A stretch of DNA of 63,233 nt, counting the filler, from Craspedostauros australis (lineage: Eukaryota), in the NCBI GenBank assembly GCA_030167865.1. It is 11 parts of 11 records of this genome, joined end to end, with 100 filler letters (N's around TTAATTAATTAA, not from the genome) between each part and the next. Parts side by side here need not be neighbours in the genome. Positions count along the whole stretch, not along the records: positions 61,740 to 63,233 come from JALAGF010004767.1; 10 more parts are not named here. One strand, 5' to 3'. Below, piece by piece: positions 61,740 to 63,233 of this stretch. A program made the translations under genes and the position numbers. Each line of letters begins with the position of its first letter. Position 1 is the stretch's first letter. Below the pieces are notes generated by a model. That model did not search any database. It had not been told where the DNA came from and saw nothing but the letters and a program-made list of their open reading frames with translations.

Positions 61740-63113
61740 GAAGTATCGGCCTCCAGTGGCCATTGGAGCAAAGGGGGGTATTGCAAAGGCCATTTGCAAC
61801 CTTCAGGCGACCCGCTTCGTCGACGCAGCACAGAAGGCACAAGCACACGACCTGCAAATGCAGAAGGCCGGTTTTGCAAAGGGGCACTGGTGCAAAATGC
61901 TCGTGCCAATGCCCTTCGCTATCGACACCATGTTCTGTCCATCCGCTTGCGGCACGCTGGGGGGCGTTGTCTGGCTCAATCATGTGATGCCAGACAACAA
62001 TGGGNAACCACGTAAAGTCCTCATCTTGTCGACGAGGGTGAAGGAGAAGACAACNACTGTGGGAATGACGTGCAGGTTTTCAAAAATGCATGCACTTGGT
62101 TTCAACTCNGGCGGAACCAATCCCATCGACAAAGGGGCCAAGTCACAAATGCTACCTCCACAGTCACACAGAATCCCCCAATACACGGACAACAACAGCA
62201 ACTCCAGAAACCCACCATCTGCCAGCAATGTCCAGAAGGTGACCCCATGGCCACAACCCTTGCAACCCAGGAGCCCAATGGGCAGCCGCATTCAACAACA
62301 CTTCCAATCGCCAAGAACGACACAGAATCTCTGCACCCTTGGAGCACGCAACATGCTTCATGGAGACGATCAATCAGTCACAACGCAGGTGACTCAGGTG
62401 TTGGAAGCCCAACTCGAATGCCAGGTTGNGAGGGTGGCCGAACTTGAGCTGAGGGTGGCACTGCGAAAGCAGGCTGCCAGAGAAAGGGCAGAGCTGAGAC
62501 GGCAAGGACAGCTCAACCAGAGCCGTCCGGGAATGGTGGTGACTGGTGGTACAGCTTCTGATGAGGCTGCCAGAAACCTTCCTGATGGTGTCTTCAACAA
62601 AATGGACGACCTCACCAGACCGTATTTCGTAAAGGGCCAAGGATCAGTCCAGCACCCGGCAATGATGCAGAATGGTCAGACTGGGACGGGCAACATGCAG
62701 TCGACGAATCNGCAGCAACTCAGCACAGGGCAGATCCTTCCGCACGGACGGGAGGAAGGAATATCAGCAACAACAACACCTCAGATGTCTCCTCCACCAA
62801 CACGAGTTGTTTATCCATGTGAAGGAATGTTGGTCCTTGCAGACCAAGCCAACAAACTGACAGAGGCAGCAGCGGTGGGAACAGCAGCAGCAGAAGCAAC
62901 CAACCTTGCAACTGCAACAACCACCATCACAGCGGGGTCCACAGCTGTGAATACGAATCAGAATCCGGAAGGAGAGAATGTGAGGCAATCCGCAGGCAGT
63001 GCAGGAGCTCAGATGACCAGTCAGGAGGTGCCAAACCAACCTGAAGGCGGAGGGGATGGGCCAACAACCAACAACTCGCTGGTCAAAGATGTTGAGATAG
63101 TGCAGGACCCAAC

Positions 63114-63172
63114 AGCACCATTGAATGCTGCAGAAGCACCATGGAATGCTGCAGAAGCACCATTGAATGTTG
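63114..63172 (+). repeat. 21-bp tandem repeat x~3
   Basis: AGCACCATTGAATGCTGCAGA units. Confidence 0.85.
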
Positions 63173-63233
63173 ACGAGGCAATGGACATGACTGGAGATGG
63201 AGAGAGGCAGGGTGACAATGGAGGCAGTGACGG

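Noticed and set aside
61740..63233. Coding gene on the last contig
   Set aside because: A Cys-rich start and Gln-rich stretches, but many stops, ambiguity bases and no recognisable domain.

Overview
Eukaryotic, transposon-dense DNA, most likely from a diatom or related stramenopile (judged from the Copia/CoDi-type elements, RNase-H LINEs and diatom-type cyclase gene). It is not one locus: ten identical 100-nt artificial linkers (N44-TTAATTAATTAA-N44) join 11 separate contigs, so adjacency across linkers means nothing. Host-gene pieces: a 5'-truncated Pro/Thr/Ser mucin-like protein, an intron-rich IQ-motif gene, the N-terminus of a diatom-type receptor cyclase/PDE, and an ankyrin+BTB gene. Mobile elements: (i) a full-length CoDi-type Ty1/Copia element (3066-9463) with non-canonical CAA...TTG LTR ends, an apparent 4-bp TSD, an in-frame gag-TGA-pol junction and a chromodomain-like module; (ii) a second Copia lineage with ~0.7-0.9 kb TGTC...CCAACA LTRs, 6-bp TSDs, a palindrome where the PBS should be, and a large extra region between Gag and protease; (iii) RNase-H-bearing non-LTR retrotransposon pieces ending in (TTA)n-like tails; (iv) a 1.1-kb TIR element, a Harbinger-like pseudogene, and a compact cluster of three unknown genes beside a probable DDE transposase (51.9-55.8 kb), a candidate multi-gene DNA transposon. 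There are also satellites and palindromic repeat arrays. No CRISPR, rRNA or tRNA genes were seen. All family assignments are by motif recognition, not database search.
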